From an uncultured virus (IMG/VR IMGVR_UViG_3300010365_001574) (lineage: Duplodnaviria > Heunggongvirae > Uroviricota > Caudoviricetes): 64,000 nt of DNA. The DNA lies in IMG/VR virus record IMGVR_UViG_3300010365_001574; one strand, 5' to 3'. Numbering within the stretch: the first letter of the stretch is position 1; every line of letters begins with the position of its first letter. Below, piece by piece: positions 8,092 through 18,433 of this stretch. Both the position numbers and the translations under genes were made by a program. The notes below the pieces were generated by a model that did not search any database, was not told the origin of the DNA, and worked only from the letters and a program-made list of their open reading frames with translations.

Positions 8092-10656
8092 ATGGCAGGA
8101 ATACCAAATATAGGAACATTAGTAGGAGCAGCAATTAGACCAATTAACACTGCAGATTTAATTTCAACCGCATATGCAAATGAAATTAAAGGTGGTATTC
8201 ATGGATATGCAACTCTTGCAGAAAGAGATAGTATAATTATCCAAAGAAGACAATGGGGTATGCTAGTTGTGATTTATGATGATCCAACACCATCAAATAA
8301 TAAAACATATCAATTAAAATATAATAATGTTGATACTGATTTAATGAATTTACTTAACTGGGTTGAATATACTGGTGCCAGCTCTACTAATATTAGTGAA
8401 TGGCAAAACTCAGTAAAATCAATACTAACCACTGTACCTATATCACCAAATGATGGTGATAGATATTTAGTAGGTATTGATCAATCATCAAGTATTGTTG
8501 GTTCTCCTTGGGCAGGAAATCCAGGTGGATTTATATCAGAATATAATACAACAACTACAAATTGGACAAATACTCTACCAACAAATGGTATGACAGTAAG
8601 AGTTGATGATCAATATAATTCACTTTATAAATATGAAGGAGATTATTATACTGGTCAATGGGTAAAAGAAAAATTAACACAAGTTCATTATGTTGACTTT
8701 ATAGGTAATGGTGTATTATACACAACTAGTATATCCCCAACATTTAGTATATATGAGACAGATGTAATATTTCTATCAAAGTTTGATAATTCAAATACTG
8801 GAAGTATTACAATAAATATAAATGGAGTAGGTATTAAACCTGTTAAAAAACCATCCATTAATGGATTGGTGGATTTAACACCAAATGATATAATACCAGA
8901 GAATATTTATAGTCTATCATATGATTATGGTAATGATTGTTTTCAATTTATCAAAACATATTCTAATGATTCATTTAATATTAAATATTATATTGAACCT
9001 AATGATTATATAGTGGTTCCACCATATTGTCAATATTGGGTATATGGTGATTTAACAGTTGATGGAACTATACTTAATTATGGAAAAATAATTGTTGCAA
9101 ATGGTCAACTAATAATTGGTACTTTTGGTGTAGTTGAAAATTATGGAGATGTTGATTTAATATCTATAGGTGGAGGTAATTCAAATGTTATAAGTTCGGG
9201 GCTAGGAAAAATTAAATTAACCGATGCAACAAATCAGGTATTTAATGATTTAGCTGGTGCAATGGCTTATGTTTCCTTGTTTACTGATGCCGAACTTACC
9301 GAAACATCATTTAGCGACAACACTTTTTATTTTACAGTTCCAGCCAATACCGATTTTTTATTAGCTAACGGTTTTTGTGGAAAAATAACCAATGCCGAAT
9401 TATTAAGTTTTGAAGATACAAATGGTTTAGTTGTAAATTTTAAAGAAAGTGCTTTTGAAAGTAATGAGAAAAACAATATTTTTCACAATGTTACTTTTGA
9501 CCAATTTGCATTTAATAACGCATCAGGAATAAATATTTTCAACACTTGTAGTGCTGGAAACAATTCTTTTAATTATTGTTCAGGAAAATTTACTTTTGGG
9601 AATGGTAATAATTTTAGCCAAAATTCTTTTCAAAACGCTTCAGGTATTTTTACATTTTTAAATAACAGTAATTTTGGAGATAGATGTTTTCTCGCATCAG
9701 TTAATCCAACTATTAATATAGGTAATGCCAATTCCTTTGGAATAGAATTTTTAAAAAATTCTACGGCAACTGGTATTTTTGGTAGTACTAATTATTTTGA
9801 AGAAAAAGCATTTCAAAACTTAACATCAAAAAGTTTACAATTTGGTAATGAAAACGAATTTGCAGATAATGCTTTTACGGATTCTTCATTAATAGCAACC
9901 TTTGACAGTAACAATATTTTTCTTGACTTTGCGTTTAAAGGCACTTCAGGAAATGTGATTTTTAACAACGAAAGCGACTTTGGTAATGAATGTTTTTCTG
10001 ATTCAACTGGAAATTTTAAACTACTTGGAAAAAATACATTTGGAAATAATTGTTTTGAAAACGCCAACCCAATCATAAAAAACGAAATTGAAAATTTATA
10101 TCAATGTGGCTCAAACTTTGCGTTAAATTATTTTGGTCGTTTCGATATTCTTTCAAAATTAGGTAATGATGAAACCCAAAACTTACCAAATGATATTTTT
10201 ACAACAGCACAAATAGTAAATTTCAATTATCCAAATGCTTTGAAATACAACAACGCTGGCGGTAAAGATGGCGATTTAGTTAATGTACTTGCAAATATTA
10301 GTAATCTTAAAAGTGTTGTAAATGCAATAATTAATTATAGTACAGATGAAATTGATACTGGTGCTAAATGGATTGATGGTAAACCTATTTATAGAAAGGT
10401 TTTTTCAAAAATATTATTAACTGCCAATGATTATATAGATATTGATGTCAATATTGATAAAATAATTAAACTAGATGGAATTATTTATTCTGCATCAGAC
10501 AAGCAAATAAATATTCCTTTTTATGATGATTTAAATAATTTTTCAACAATTATTAGAACTGATTTAGATGCAATTACTATACATTTTTCTTCATATATCG
10601 TCCTTGACTATGCAGATTCTACATATTATATTATCATAGAATACACTAAAAATTAA
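8092..10656 (+). CDS. Tail fibre/adhesin with BspA-like LRR repeats and C-terminal WIDGKPIYRKV domain
   Basis: GxxAF/GxxCF repeats; YSTDEIDTGAKWIDGKPIYRK is typical of phage fibre C-termini. Confidence 0.7.
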   Translation: MAGIPNIGTLVGAAIRPINTADLISTAYANEIKGGIHGYATLAERDSIIIQRRQWGMLVVIYDDPTPSNNKTYQLKYNNVDTDLMNLLNWVEYTGASSTNISEWQNSVKSILTTVPISPNDGDRYLVGIDQSSSIVGSPWAGNPGGFISEYNTTTTNWTNTLPTNGMTVRVDDQYNSLYKYEGDYYTGQWVKEKLTQVHYVDFIGNGVLYTTSISPTFSIYETDVIFLSKFDNSNTGSITININGVGIKPVKKPSINGLVDLTPNDIIPENIYSLSYDYGNDCFQFIKTYSNDSFNIKYYIEPNDYIVVPPYCQYWVYGDLTVDGTILNYGKIIVANGQLIIGTFGVVENYGDVDLISIGGGNSNVISSGLGKIKLTDATNQVFNDLAGAMAYVSLFTDAELTETSFSDNTFYFTVPANTDFLLANGFCGKITNAELLSFEDTNGLVVNFKESAFESNEKNNIFHNVTFDQFAFNNASGINIFNTCSAGNNSFNYCSGKFTFGNGNNFSQNSFQNASGIFTFLNNSNFGDRCFLASVNPTINIGNANSFGIEFLKNSTATGIFGSTNYFEEKAFQNLTSKSLQFGNENEFADNAFTDSSLIATFDSNNIFLDFAFKGTSGNVIFNNESDFGNECFSDSTGNFKLLGKNTFGNNCFENANPIIKNEIENLYQCGSNFALNYFGRFDILSKLGNDETQNLPNDIFTTAQIVNFNYPNALKYNNAGGKDGDLVNVLANISNLKSVVNAIINYSTDEIDTGAKWIDGKPIYRKVFSKILLTANDYIDIDVNIDKIIKLDGIIYSASDKQINIPFYDDLNNFSTIIRTDLDAITIHFSSYIVLDYADSTYYIIIEYTKN

Positions 10657-10678
10657 TATTTCTTTATAAAAAAACACC

Positions 10679-10927
10679 ATGAAAAAACTACAACAACTCT
10701 ACACCTATTTCATCTTAATGCGCTGGCACTTGCATAGCATCGCTTTGCCGTTTGGTTTTTTATACGGATATCTTGCTAATGTTCAAAACTTATGTCATTT
10801 AAAAACCGCCTATTTTGAGCAAATTGTAGGCACACAATACATTTGGCAAACTATTTGGAATACAAATTTAGAATTGTCTGATTTAATTAATAAAGTTACT
10901 TTTAAAATAGAATTGTATAAAAATTAA
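10679..10927 (+). CDS. Small protein, possibly a chimeric or degraded fragment
   Basis: ORF track; hydrophobic N-half with atypical codon usage. Confidence 0.4.
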   Translation: MKKLQQLYTYFILMRWHLHSIALPFGFLYGYLANVQNLCHLKTAYFEQIVGTQYIWQTIWNTNLELSDLINKVTFKIELYKN

Positions 10928-11066
10928 ATGGTATAAATAATGAATGAGATAGTAATAAGTGGAGCAGGAACATCAATACCACAAACTATAATAAATCAAA
11001 GGGATGCATTAAAAACAGAATTTTTTAGTATAACTAATACTCTTTATTAATTTAATATATACACTA

Positions 11067-11831
11067 ATGAAAATAGATAAATACTTTGAATTTGTACAAG
11101 CTGATTTAGAACCAGTAAAATCGTTCCATTTGAAAGATGAATTGAATCCTAAAGTATGGGATAAATTTGAACTTGATGATGAAATAAGAAGAGAATTATT
11201 ACAAATAGGTGAAGACTTTTATAGTGACTTAGAATTAAAAGCAGATGTACTTGACATTATATTCTGTGGTTCTTTATGTAACTATAACTGGTCTGAAAAA
11301 TATTCTGACTTTGACTTACATGTTATTATAAGACATTCTGATATTGATGAAAATGTTGAATTAGTTGAGAAGTATTGTGATTATGCTAAAAAAATGTGGA
11401 ATGGTGAACATGAAATTCAGATAAGAGGATATGATGTTGAAATAATGTTACAAGATATTAATTCACTAAATGAAGCAATTGAGACAGGTAAAATGGGTGG
11501 TGCTTATTCTATTCTAAAAGATAAATGGGTTAAGAAACCACAAAAGATTGAATTTGTTCCAGATGAGGAAAATATTAAAGAGAAAGCTAAAACTATAATG
11601 TCTAAAATAGATGACTTAGAAGAAGCTGCAAAAGAAGATACTTATCAAGCACTTAAAGATAAAATCAAGAAAGTGTGGACTAAGATTAAAGATAGTAGAA
11701 AGAGTGGCCTTGATAGTGAAGGTGGAGAGTTTTCAACAGGAAATCTTGTATTCAAATTATTAAGACGTAACAACTATATAGGAAAAATAATGAAGCTTAA
11801 AAGAGAAGCTTATGATAAACAATTTAATTAA
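11067..11831 (+). CDS. Pol-beta superfamily nucleotidyltransferase
   Basis: GSLCNYNWSEKYSDFDLHV (GS...DxD) plus third acidic residue in YDVEI. Confidence 0.8.
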   Translation: MKIDKYFEFVQADLEPVKSFHLKDELNPKVWDKFELDDEIRRELLQIGEDFYSDLELKADVLDIIFCGSLCNYNWSEKYSDFDLHVIIRHSDIDENVELVEKYCDYAKKMWNGEHEIQIRGYDVEIMLQDINSLNEAIETGKMGGAYSILKDKWVKKPQKIEFVPDEENIKEKAKTIMSKIDDLEEAAKEDTYQALKDKIKKVWTKIKDSRKSGLDSEGGEFSTGNLVFKLLRRNNYIGKIMKLKREAYDKQFN

Positions 11832-11834
11832 ATT

Positions 11835-12734
11835 ATGAATGGTAAAAAATATACAACTGATATTTATATAAAGGAATGTAGTATAATACATAGCAATAAG
11901 TATGATTATTCATTAGTAAAATATACAAAATTAAGAGACAATATTAGAATAATTTGTAGTAAACATGGAGAATTCAGTCAAAGAGCACAAGCTCATCTAA
12001 ATGGTTCATCTTGTATTAAGTGTTATAAAGATTCCAGAAACCCCTCACAAGATGAATTTATAATCAAATCTAATTTAATACATAAAAATAAATATGATTA
12101 TTCCAAAACTATTTTTACCAAATCTAAGTCTATTATAAATATAATATGTAAGAAACATGGAGAATTTAAACAATATGCATATAAACACTTAATAGGACAA
12201 GGATGTTCTATTTGTGCAAATGAAGAACATAGAATTAGTTTAGATTACTTCATAGAGAAATCTAATAATATACATAAAAATAAATATGACTATTCAAATG
12301 TTGAATATTCTAATAATTCAATAAAGATCTCTATAATATGTAAGAAACATGGGGAATTTAAACAATCCCCAAACAACCATACTAATGGTAAGGGCTGTCC
12401 TAAATGTTCAAAAGTAGTATCAAAAATGGAAACTAATTGGTTGGATAGTATAGGAATTCCAAATGAATTTAGACAAAAAACTATTAATTTAGAAAATAAG
12501 AATATTAGAGTGGATGCAATTGACAATGTTAATAAAATTGTATATGAATTCTATGGTGATTATTGGCATGGTAATCCTGATGTATATAATCCTAAAGAAA
12601 TTAATAAAGTATCAGGACTATCATTTGGTGACTTATATAAAAAAACTATTGATAGAGAAAAAATAATATTAAAAAATGGATTTAATATTATTAATATATG
12701 GGAAAATGATTATAAAAATAATTTAAAAAAATGA
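11835..12734 (+). CDS. Homing endonuclease, CxxHG/KYDYS repeats plus Vsr-like nuclease domain
   Basis: Three IICKKHGEF repeats; VDAID..YEFYGDYWHG..IWE. Confidence 0.8.
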   Translation: MNGKKYTTDIYIKECSIIHSNKYDYSLVKYTKLRDNIRIICSKHGEFSQRAQAHLNGSSCIKCYKDSRNPSQDEFIIKSNLIHKNKYDYSKTIFTKSKSIINIICKKHGEFKQYAYKHLIGQGCSICANEEHRISLDYFIEKSNNIHKNKYDYSNVEYSNNSIKISIICKKHGEFKQSPNNHTNGKGCPKCSKVVSKMETNWLDSIGIPNEFRQKTINLENKNIRVDAIDNVNKIVYEFYGDYWHGNPDVYNPKEINKVSGLSFGDLYKKTIDREKIILKNGFNIINIWENDYKNNLKK

Positions 12735-13435
12735 ATATTAGAATATCTGAGATTGAAGAAGCCTTTAAGGAAATATTTAAAGAAGAAGATGGGGTAGTTA
12801 GTTCTTGTGAAACTGTCTATGAAAAATCAAAGGATAATGATTATCTAAAATTAGTAATTGGTATAAATGGATTATCAACAGAAGATATAAATATTATACA
12901 CACCAAGTTTATATTTAAAACAGACTTAGAAAAAAGAAATATTATTGAGAATTCATTTATATACCTTTATGATATAAATTGTGTTTATCATAGAATGGAA
13001 TTTGATAGTATTATCGATATGAAGAAAAAAATAGAGGATATTATTGAATCAAATAATTTTGGAGAGGATATTCAAATTCTTTCTGATTTTACAGAAAGTC
13101 CTGCAATGTTCTTGAACTATTATATGAAAAGAGCTAAGATTACAGAATATTCTGTTTTTGATGTAGAATATGAACCAAAATTTAAAATAGTTTCTTGTGA
13201 TAAAACCACATTTGACTTTAAAATAAATATTAACAATAGTTATGATATTGAGTTTTCAATACATAAAATAGATAAAGATTTAACAGAAGATCCTGATGAT
13301 ATAGATATGTATAAATTACAATTTAGATTTATGGATGAAATTGAGTCAGTTGAAAGTGATACTATTAAAAATATACACTTCTTAATTGGTTCAAATATGT
13401 CTAAGTTATTAGACAGAAAATTAAAAAATCAATAA
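12731..13435 (+). CDS. Hypothetical protein
   Basis: ORF track only. Confidence 0.7.
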   Translation: MNIRISEIEEAFKEIFKEEDGVVSSCETVYEKSKDNDYLKLVIGINGLSTEDINIIHTKFIFKTDLEKRNIIENSFIYLYDINCVYHRMEFDSIIDMKKKIEDIIESNNFGEDIQILSDFTESPAMFLNYYMKRAKITEYSVFDVEYEPKFKIVSCDKTTFDFKININNSYDIEFSIHKIDKDLTEDPDDIDMYKLQFRFMDEIESVESDTIKNIHFLIGSNMSKLLDRKLKNQ

Positions 13436-13436
13436 T

Positions 13437-13754
13437 ATGGACAAATTAATAAAATTTGATGACTTCAAAATATATGAGTCTAAAAAGACAAATTTAATTT
13501 TTAATGAAAAGTCATTAAGAGAGACATTAAATCTACCAGTTGAATGTAAGGTTGAAATTAAAAATGGTGAAGTTAAATCTGGTAAATACAATAAATATAT
13601 TAAATATATTATAACTAAATTACCATCACCAGTTGATAGTAATAGAGAAAAGATAATTAAGAAAATAAAAAGTATAAAAGAAGAAGATATTTATTCAAGT
13701 GCAAAACCTAACTTTGGAAGTGGTGTAAATTGGATTATAAAATTTACTTCTTAA
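13437..13754 (+). CDS. Hypothetical protein with CTS-like leader MDKLIKFDDFKIYES
   Basis: ORF track; shared leader. Confidence 0.7.
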   Translation: MDKLIKFDDFKIYESKKTNLIFNEKSLRETLNLPVECKVEIKNGEVKSGKYNKYIKYIITKLPSPVDSNREKIIKKIKSIKEEDIYSSAKPNFGSGVNWIIKFTS

Positions 13755-13770
13755 AAAAAATCATAATATC

Positions 13771-14235
13771 ATGGCTAAACTAATAAAATTTGAAGACTTC
13801 AAAAAGGAAGAAGAAAAAAAAGATTTACAAGACTTAAAAAGAGACTTCACTAAAAATAGTGCAGATACACAACAATTTCCAAGAAATACAAAGTTTCACT
13901 ATAATGATGTAACTAAAAAAATGGATGACTTATCAGTTGATGAAGTTGATGATTCTATTGAAGGTTTAGAAGAAGGATTTAGAAAATGGAATCCAGAAAC
14001 CAATAAAGTAGAAGAAACAACAGGACTTGAAACAGTAGGAGAATTAATTGAAAGATTAAAACAATATGATCCTAATACAAAAGTTGCAGTAAATGTTGCA
14101 GAAGAACCATCTGAGATATTTGAAATTGTAGAGACTAAAGTAGAAGATTGTAGAGGTAGAGGTGATGGTTTAGAATATACAACTAGTTGGGATAAAGAAG
14201 AAAAGGTTATCCTTATAAAAGGAAATCAATATTAA
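13771..14235 (+). CDS. Hypothetical protein with CTS-like leader MAKLIKFEDFKKEE
   Basis: ORF track; shared leader. Confidence 0.7.
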   Translation: MAKLIKFEDFKKEEEKKDLQDLKRDFTKNSADTQQFPRNTKFHYNDVTKKMDDLSVDEVDDSIEGLEEGFRKWNPETNKVEETTGLETVGELIERLKQYDPNTKVAVNVAEEPSEIFEIVETKVEDCRGRGDGLEYTTSWDKEEKVILIKGNQY

Positions 14236-14252
14236 AAAAATAATTAAATAAT

Positions 14253-15179
14253 ATGATATATATTTTAGAATTTTTTGATTTTTTAAAAAAAAACAAAACT
14301 AAAAAGGATTGGAGAAGTGAATTTGATGAAGTTTACAAATATTATAATAGTATTAAAGTAAAACCATCAAAAGATTATCATTTTTTTAATGTAGGTATTG
14401 AATCTAAAGATAATTTTGATGTTGCACTTGACCAAATACACATAGGTTTTAGTAACAGAAATGGTGAACTTGAGGTAACTAATTATAAAGAAATAGATTG
14501 GGATAATTTTAGAGGTAGAACTGGTGAAGAAAATGAACCTGGACACTACAAAGATATTACTCAAAGTGAGTTTAATGAATATTTAAAGAAAACTCAAGAA
14601 ATGTCAGACTTCTTAGATGAACAAAGTGAGAAAAAGTTTAATAAATCAGGAACTACCATATCTGATGATGGTATTGAACTTGGATTTGATGAGTCTGATA
14701 CTGCAATAGATGAGATGAACTTTCACTTACAAAAAGAGTTTGATAAATATATTGATAAAGAATATGAATTTGAGATAGAATATTGTTTATGGAGTGAAGA
14801 AAGCAAAAATGAAAAGATAGTAGAAAGAGTAAAATTACCAATACTTGATATTAGAATTGAATTTGCTGGTGGTAGATTTTACTCAGAAATTGAAACAGAA
14901 GGAGTTCAAGGTGAAAAATGTAAGTTGTGGTTAGAAGGTAGAAAATATGAATATGTTGATTTAGAAAAAGGTAAAATACCTGAGTATGATGAAATAATTG
15001 CAATGGATAAAGTAAAAAAAGAACTTACCAGAAAACAAGAAAGAGAAAATGTAACAAAATATCCATATATAATATCATATAAAGTAACACCAAGTAAATA
15101 TGATTCAATTGAGTTTATTAATACAATTACAGAAATATTAGAACATCTAAATGATGAAATAAAAAAAAGAGGAGCTTAA
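14253..15179 (+). CDS. Acidic hypothetical protein (leader MIYILEFFDF)
   Basis: ORF track. Confidence 0.7.
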   Translation: MIYILEFFDFLKKNKTKKDWRSEFDEVYKYYNSIKVKPSKDYHFFNVGIESKDNFDVALDQIHIGFSNRNGELEVTNYKEIDWDNFRGRTGEENEPGHYKDITQSEFNEYLKKTQEMSDFLDEQSEKKFNKSGTTISDDGIELGFDESDTAIDEMNFHLQKEFDKYIDKEYEFEIEYCLWSEESKNEKIVERVKLPILDIRIEFAGGRFYSEIETEGVQGEKCKLWLEGRKYEYVDLEKGKIPEYDEIIAMDKVKKELTRKQERENVTKYPYIISYKVTPSKYDSIEFINTITEILEHLNDEIKKRGA

Positions 15180-15191
15180 AACTTCTCTTTT

Positions 15192-15338
15192 TTATATTAA
15201 TTTGTTAAGTGTCAGTTCTCTACTAACAGTCTTAGTTATATGACCTAATACACCTTTTTCTAATTTTTCTTGTATTTCATCCTGTTCTATACTATCCTGA
15301 CAATTTTCATATCTTTCTATAAGTTTATAATTCTCATC
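15192..15338 (-). pseudogene. Start-less 48-codon remnant ending in RELTLNKLI
   Basis: Open frame DENYKLIERYENCQ..VSRELTLNKLI*, preceded directly by TGA and overlapping the dam 3' end. Confidence 0.4.
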
Positions 15339-16324
15339 TCAAATGGATCCCATTCTGGTTCTGATTGTTGTTGAACATCTGAATTAACCTTTATTTTTTC
15401 TCCAGTCTCAGGGTTGTAATTCATAATCAATAACTCAACACCTTTTTCTTTATCAACACCCTCTACTTTATTTTTAATTACTGCAGATGGTCTGTGAAAC
15501 TCTTTTGAAGTCCAAAAGTATTCATCTTTAGGTAATAATTCTTCTAATAAAGGAAAGTAGTAATATGATAAAGACCATCTACATTTAGATTGTTTTAACA
15601 ACTCTAATAAACGTCTATGTGAAGAAACACCAAAGGTGTTCTCTGTGTCACATCCATACCAAAATAGTCTTCTACCATCATCATCATTTTTAATGTCATT
15701 AAAACGAGCATAAGGTGGGTCTAAATACATATAAGTATCTTCTGCATCATGCATTGTAATAACTTCTTCAAAATCTAAGTTATTAAACTCATTAATTTTT
15801 TGTAATCTTTCAGTATATTTATTTTTCTCTAATTTATTAATCAAAATTTGTAAGTTCAACTTATTAGTTTTTTTCTTAAATCCAGTGAAACCACCACCTC
15901 TTGGATAAACAGAACTAAAACTTGATGTAATTAAAAAGGCATAAATTGCACCTACTTTTAAGTCACCAATCTCAAAGTCCATATTATCTAAAAAATCATT
16001 AGTAATGTAAGTTCTGTAAATTGCTTTATAGAAATCCCATTTTTTATCTAATTCAGTTTCTGTGGTATATAGAAGTCCACCAAAATCCATTAGTTTTTTA
16101 AGTTCAACCAAAAACTCTTCTGGTCTTGAACAACATTGCATCAAATTAGCTTGATGTCTATTTCTATCATTAAAGATAACATTCTCAAACTCTAATTTAG
16201 AATCTAAGTAAATTGCAAATGAACCAGAAAATGGTTCTACATAAGTTTTACAATCTTTTGGAATTATAGGTGTAATAAAGGATTGAAAGTTTGCCTTGCC
16301 ACCAAAGTATGAAATTACCGACAT
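15317..16324 (-). CDS. dam: DNA adenine methyltransferase (Dam/D12 class)
   Basis: SYFGGK, YVEPFSGS and YLDPPY motifs. Confidence 0.9.
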   Translation of the reverse strand: MSVISYFGGKANFQSFITPIIPKDCKTYVEPFSGSFAIYLDSKLEFENVIFNDRNRHQANLMQCCSRPEEFLVELKKLMDFGGLLYTTETELDKKWDFYKAIYRTYITNDFLDNMDFEIGDLKVGAIYAFLITSSFSSVYPRGGGFTGFKKKTNKLNLQILINKLEKNKYTERLQKINEFNNLDFEEVITMHDAEDTYMYLDPPYARFNDIKNDDDGRRLFWYGCDTENTFGVSSHRRLLELLKQSKCRWSLSYYYFPLLEELLPKDEYFWTSKEFHRPSAVIKNKVEGVDKEKGVELLIMNYNPETGEKIKVNSDVQQQSEPEWDPFEMRIINL

Positions 16325-16329
16325 TTTTA

Positions 16330-17157
16330 TTAATTTTTTTTTCTGTATTTTGTTTTACTCTTACTTATAGATATTGCCATATCAAAAGTTTCTTTTTTTC
16401 TCTTTAGATAAATAGTTGCATCTTTGTAGAAAAAATCATAGAACCTCTCTATATCACTAAATGAAGCCCAATCTATTACATTATATGTTCCCTTTGGACA
16501 TCTTATTTTATTTTTTGTTATACCACAATACTTATTCAATCTTTCAACATACTCTTCAATAAAATCTCTACTACCTGAACATATATTAACTTGCCCTCTA
16601 TCTGTAGTATCTCTTCCACCTTGTCTCTTTTTATGTATTGATATACAACCATCACCGTCAAATAAACCTCTCATAAAATGATGTTCTAAGTCTTTAGGTA
16701 TTTCAGGATATTTTACTATCATAGTTTTATTTGAGTAGATACCCAATCTATATAAATCATTTATAGTTTTTTCTGAATATAAATTTATTGTATGTATATC
16801 TCTTCCTTTACTTTTTAAAACTTTACCCTCAAAATTTATATATCTTTTAAACTCATATAAAATATCAGGCTCTTTTTGTGATATATTTAATGTTTTTTTA
16901 TTAACACTACCATCTGCAACTATGAAACCTAAAAAATAAGCCTTATCCTCTGTATCTATATCTTCAAAGTAATTTTCATCAAAGTTAAACTTTCTAGTTC
17001 TTTCATTTAATTCACCACCATTTTTGATAATTACTTTTTGGTAATGTCTATCTGAAATACCATATTCCTTTATTATGTCTTTTCTTTTTAGTCCATTTTG
17101 TCTTTTAAGACAAATTTCTTGTTCTTCTTCCTTTGTAAGTTCCTTTAATTTTCTCAT
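16330..17157 (-). CDS. LAGLIDADG homing endonuclease (two motifs)
   Basis: AYFLGFIVADGSV and FMRGLFDGDGCI. Confidence 0.9.
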   Translation of the reverse strand: MRKLKELTKEEEQEICLKRQNGLKRKDIIKEYGISDRHYQKVIIKNGGELNERTRKFNFDENYFEDIDTEDKAYFLGFIVADGSVNKKTLNISQKEPDILYEFKRYINFEGKVLKSKGRDIHTINLYSEKTINDLYRLGIYSNKTMIVKYPEIPKDLEHHFMRGLFDGDGCISIHKKRQGGRDTTDRGQVNICSGSRDFIEEYVERLNKYCGITKNKIRCPKGTYNVIDWASFSDIERFYDFFYKDATIYLKRKKETFDMAISISKSKTKYRKKN

Positions 17158-17210
17158 ATACTATATATAAAAATAATATAGTTCCCTCCAAAGTAATTAA
17201 TATATTTTCA

Positions 17211-17717
17211 TTATTTCTTAGGAAATAACACATCATAAAGGTTAGGTTTTTTTGTACCATTTAGTTCACTTCTAACTTCCATTAAAAGTTTACCTAACTT
17301 ATTCTTACCTTTACCTGCACATTTTTCACAAGTACATTGGCCCCAGAAGACATCGTGCCACCAGTTGCCTTCAATAATATCAACATCACCAGTCATTAGT
17401 AACATTTCTTTTAATGTAGGATCCTTGAACTTTTCATTAACAGCCCAAGTCATAAACTCTAATTTCTTAGAATCCCAATCAGGTCTTACTTTAATTCTTT
17501 GACCTATTTTCTTTACTCTTCCTGGACTTGGTATTTTTGCAATCATTTCTCTAAAATCCACAGGTGTATAATATACTCCATCAAATGTTTGATTACTATT
17601 ACATTTCATTGCAACATAAAATGCCTCAACAGATGGGTAAGTGATACCTTGGTGTTCTATTTTACAGGGGTAGAAGTTTGAAAGAAAACTATATCTACCA
17701 TCAAATCTATTTATCAT
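17211..17717 (-). CDS. NADAR (YbiA-like) family protein
   Basis: FLSNFYP..YPSVEAFY..RPDWD..KF..LLMTGD..EGNWWHDVFWG..GKNKLGKLLMEVR; start moved to ATG 17717 just after a TAATTTTG promoter. Confidence 0.9.
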   Translation of the reverse strand: MINRFDGRYSFLSNFYPCKIEHQGITYPSVEAFYVAMKCNSNQTFDGVYYTPVDFREMIAKIPSPGRVKKIGQRIKVRPDWDSKKLEFMTWAVNEKFKDPTLKEMLLMTGDVDIIEGNWWHDVFWGQCTCEKCAGKGKNKLGKLLMEVRSELNGTKKPNLYDVLFPKK

Positions 17718-17722
17718 AATTA

Positions 17723-17730
17723 CAAAATTA
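17723..17730 (-). promoter_or_regulatory. Bacteroidota sigma-ABfr -7 element (TAATTTTG)
   Basis: Matches TAnnTTTG, 5 nt upstream of the NADAR ATG. Confidence 0.55.
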
Positions 17731-17748
17731 ACATTTAATATATAATAT

Positions 17749-18171
17749 ATGAAATATTTAATAAAGTTTTTTGAATCATTTGGTAATTCTGAAATCAAAG
17801 AAGAATTACAAAACTTTTGTAATGAAAATTTAGCTTATTTACTTGATGAAGGATTTGAAGTAAGAGTTATATGGACACCAAATTGTAATGCTTGGAGATT
17901 AGTATTTGAAAAAGTTAAAAGAGAAGCTGCACATTTAAGAGATTCTGAAAGAATAAACTCATTTTATTGGAGAGAAGTAAAAGATGATTTTTTACCATTC
18001 TTTGAAATGTTGGATAGTAAATATGAAATTTGTGGAACTTTTAATAATCATTGGATTCCTTCATACCAAAAAGATATAAAGGATGAATTAGTTGTGGATT
18101 TTGAAACTCCTATGTATATTACAGAACATACACATTTTTTCTATGATAGAAAAAATGTGTATGTTCTGTAA
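17749..18171 (+). CDS. Hypothetical protein with CTS-like leader MKYLIKFFESF; paralog of the C-terminal domain of 1172-2389
   Basis: ELQNFCNENLAYLLDEGFEV..FYWREVKDDFLPF vs ELKEFCENSLANLLDEGYEI..FYWNDVKNDYIPF. Confidence 0.75.
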   Translation: MKYLIKFFESFGNSEIKEELQNFCNENLAYLLDEGFEVRVIWTPNCNAWRLVFEKVKREAAHLRDSERINSFYWREVKDDFLPFFEMLDSKYEICGTFNNHWIPSYQKDIKDELVVDFETPMYITEHTHFFYDRKNVYVL

Positions 18172-18213
18172 ACAACAAATAAAAAGATAAAGAAAATTCA
18201 AATATATGTTAAA

Positions 18214-18381
18214 TTAAAATAGTTTTTCAGTTATTGTTTTTTCTAAAAAATCTTTAACTTTAAGATTATTATTTTTACAATGTTCTTTTATTTTTTTATG
18301 AAGCTCTTTGGAAATCTGAACAAATGTTTTATCTGCATTATATTCCTTTCTTTTTATTGCATATTTTTCACTATTTACCAT
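18214..18381 (-). CDS. 55-aa ribbon-helix-helix-like protein (not in ORF track)
   Basis: MVNSEKYAIKRKEYNADKTFVQISKELHKKIKEHCKNNNLKVKDFLEKTITEKLF; divergent from the endonuclease. Confidence 0.65.
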   Translation of the reverse strand: MVNSEKYAIKRKEYNADKTFVQISKELHKKIKEHCKNNNLKVKDFLEKTITEKLF

Positions 18382-18433
18382 AAGGGAAAGTTATTATTTT
18401 TATATATATTATATAAAAAATAATTATAAAGTT

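Noticed and set aside
8092..10656. Diversity-generating retroelement target
   Set aside because: No reverse transcriptase and no template/variable repeat pair seen in the window.
11067..11831. CBASS cyclase (CD-NTase) or toxin-antitoxin MNT
   Set aside because: No effector or HEPN partner adjacent; only the generic GS..DxD motif is visible.
17172..18221. Read-through or premature stop in 17749-18171 (16 sense codons follow the TAA)
   Set aside because: Too short to distinguish from chance without homologs.
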